Program-made: the position numbers and the translations under genes
Part shown: positions 63,906 to 64,000 of the stretch, in pieces
How the letters are laid out: each line of letters starts with the position of its first letter
Numbering within the stretch: position 1 is the first letter of the stretch
Notes under the pieces: generated by a model
The model's input: the letters and a program-made list of their open reading frames with translations, nothing else
What the model was told of the DNA's origin: nothing
Databases searched by the model: none
From: Candidatus Magasanikbacteria bacterium GW2011_GWA2_37_8
Lineage (GTDB): Bacteria > Patescibacteriota > Patescibacteriia > Magasanikbacterales > GWA2-37-8
Reading direction: 5' to 3'
Length of the DNA: 64,000 nucleotides
Assembly: GCA_000992085.1 (NCBI GenBank)
Contig: LBTN01000012.1
Location: 1,498 to 65,497, forward strand

Positions 63906-64000
63906 ATGACAAGGAGGAATAAAAATTTGGGGGATTGGGGTGAAATTAAGGCTTGCGGTTTTTTAGAGCGCCACGGATTTGTGGTGTTAGATAGAAATTA
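63906..64000 (+). CDS. YraN-family (UPF0102) endonuclease-like protein, N-terminal fragment (runs off the window)
   Basis: My translation gives MTRRNKNLGDWGEIKACGFLERHGFVVLDRN, which matches the G-x-x-GE...A...L...G-(Y/F)-x-(I/V)-L-x-RN start of YraN proteins. Confidence 0.6.
   Translation, partial: MTRRNKNLGDWGEIKACGFLERHGFVVLDRN

Noticed and set aside
1-64000. Search for a second VR (remote DGR target) elsewhere in the window.
   Set aside because: No other copy of the A-free tail tcgggtcggcgtccggcttcctcgcg, and no other GC-rich patch, was seen by eye. A computational search of the full genome is still needed.

Overview
The window is AT-rich (about 27-37% GC on the flanking lines I counted by hand), gene-dense and mostly housekeeping. 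The content suggests a reduced, Patescibacteria/CPR-like bacterium using the standard genetic code; that lineage call is inference only. Recognisable genes are radA, htpX, lemA, rseP, pheS, pheT, dnaE, tsaD, hup, rny, rpsB, tsf, gap, aspS, scpA, scpB, pgk, eno, two tandem gpmI copies, valS, tyrS and argS. There are also envelope and glycosyltransferase genes, one sensor kinase, and three tRNAs: Met-CAU, Glu-UUC and Leu-GAG. I saw no rRNA genes and no CRISPR array. The standout is a diversity-generating retroelement (DGR) at about 14.57-17.72 kb. A 130-nt template repeat (16231-16360) matches the last 130 nt of the ORF at 14763-15644. There are 14 mismatches, and every one falls at a template adenine. 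An Avd-like four-helix gene and a DGR-type reverse transcriptase sit next to it. Three things about this DGR are unusual. First, the target gene and its UTRs form a roughly 58-68% GC island inside AT-rich DNA. Second, avd lies on the opposite strand between the template repeat and the RT, with the two start codons 5 nt apart. Third, the RT reading frame is broken and appears to lack about 33 codons of the fingers region. Other accessory items are a decayed IS3-family element beside tRNA-Glu and a three-gene cassette between gap and aspS. That cassette encodes an L,D-transpeptidase-like (DUF2778-like) C-terminal motif followed by a membrane-anchored partner. All calls come from reading the sequence and the ORF track by eye; no database search was run.
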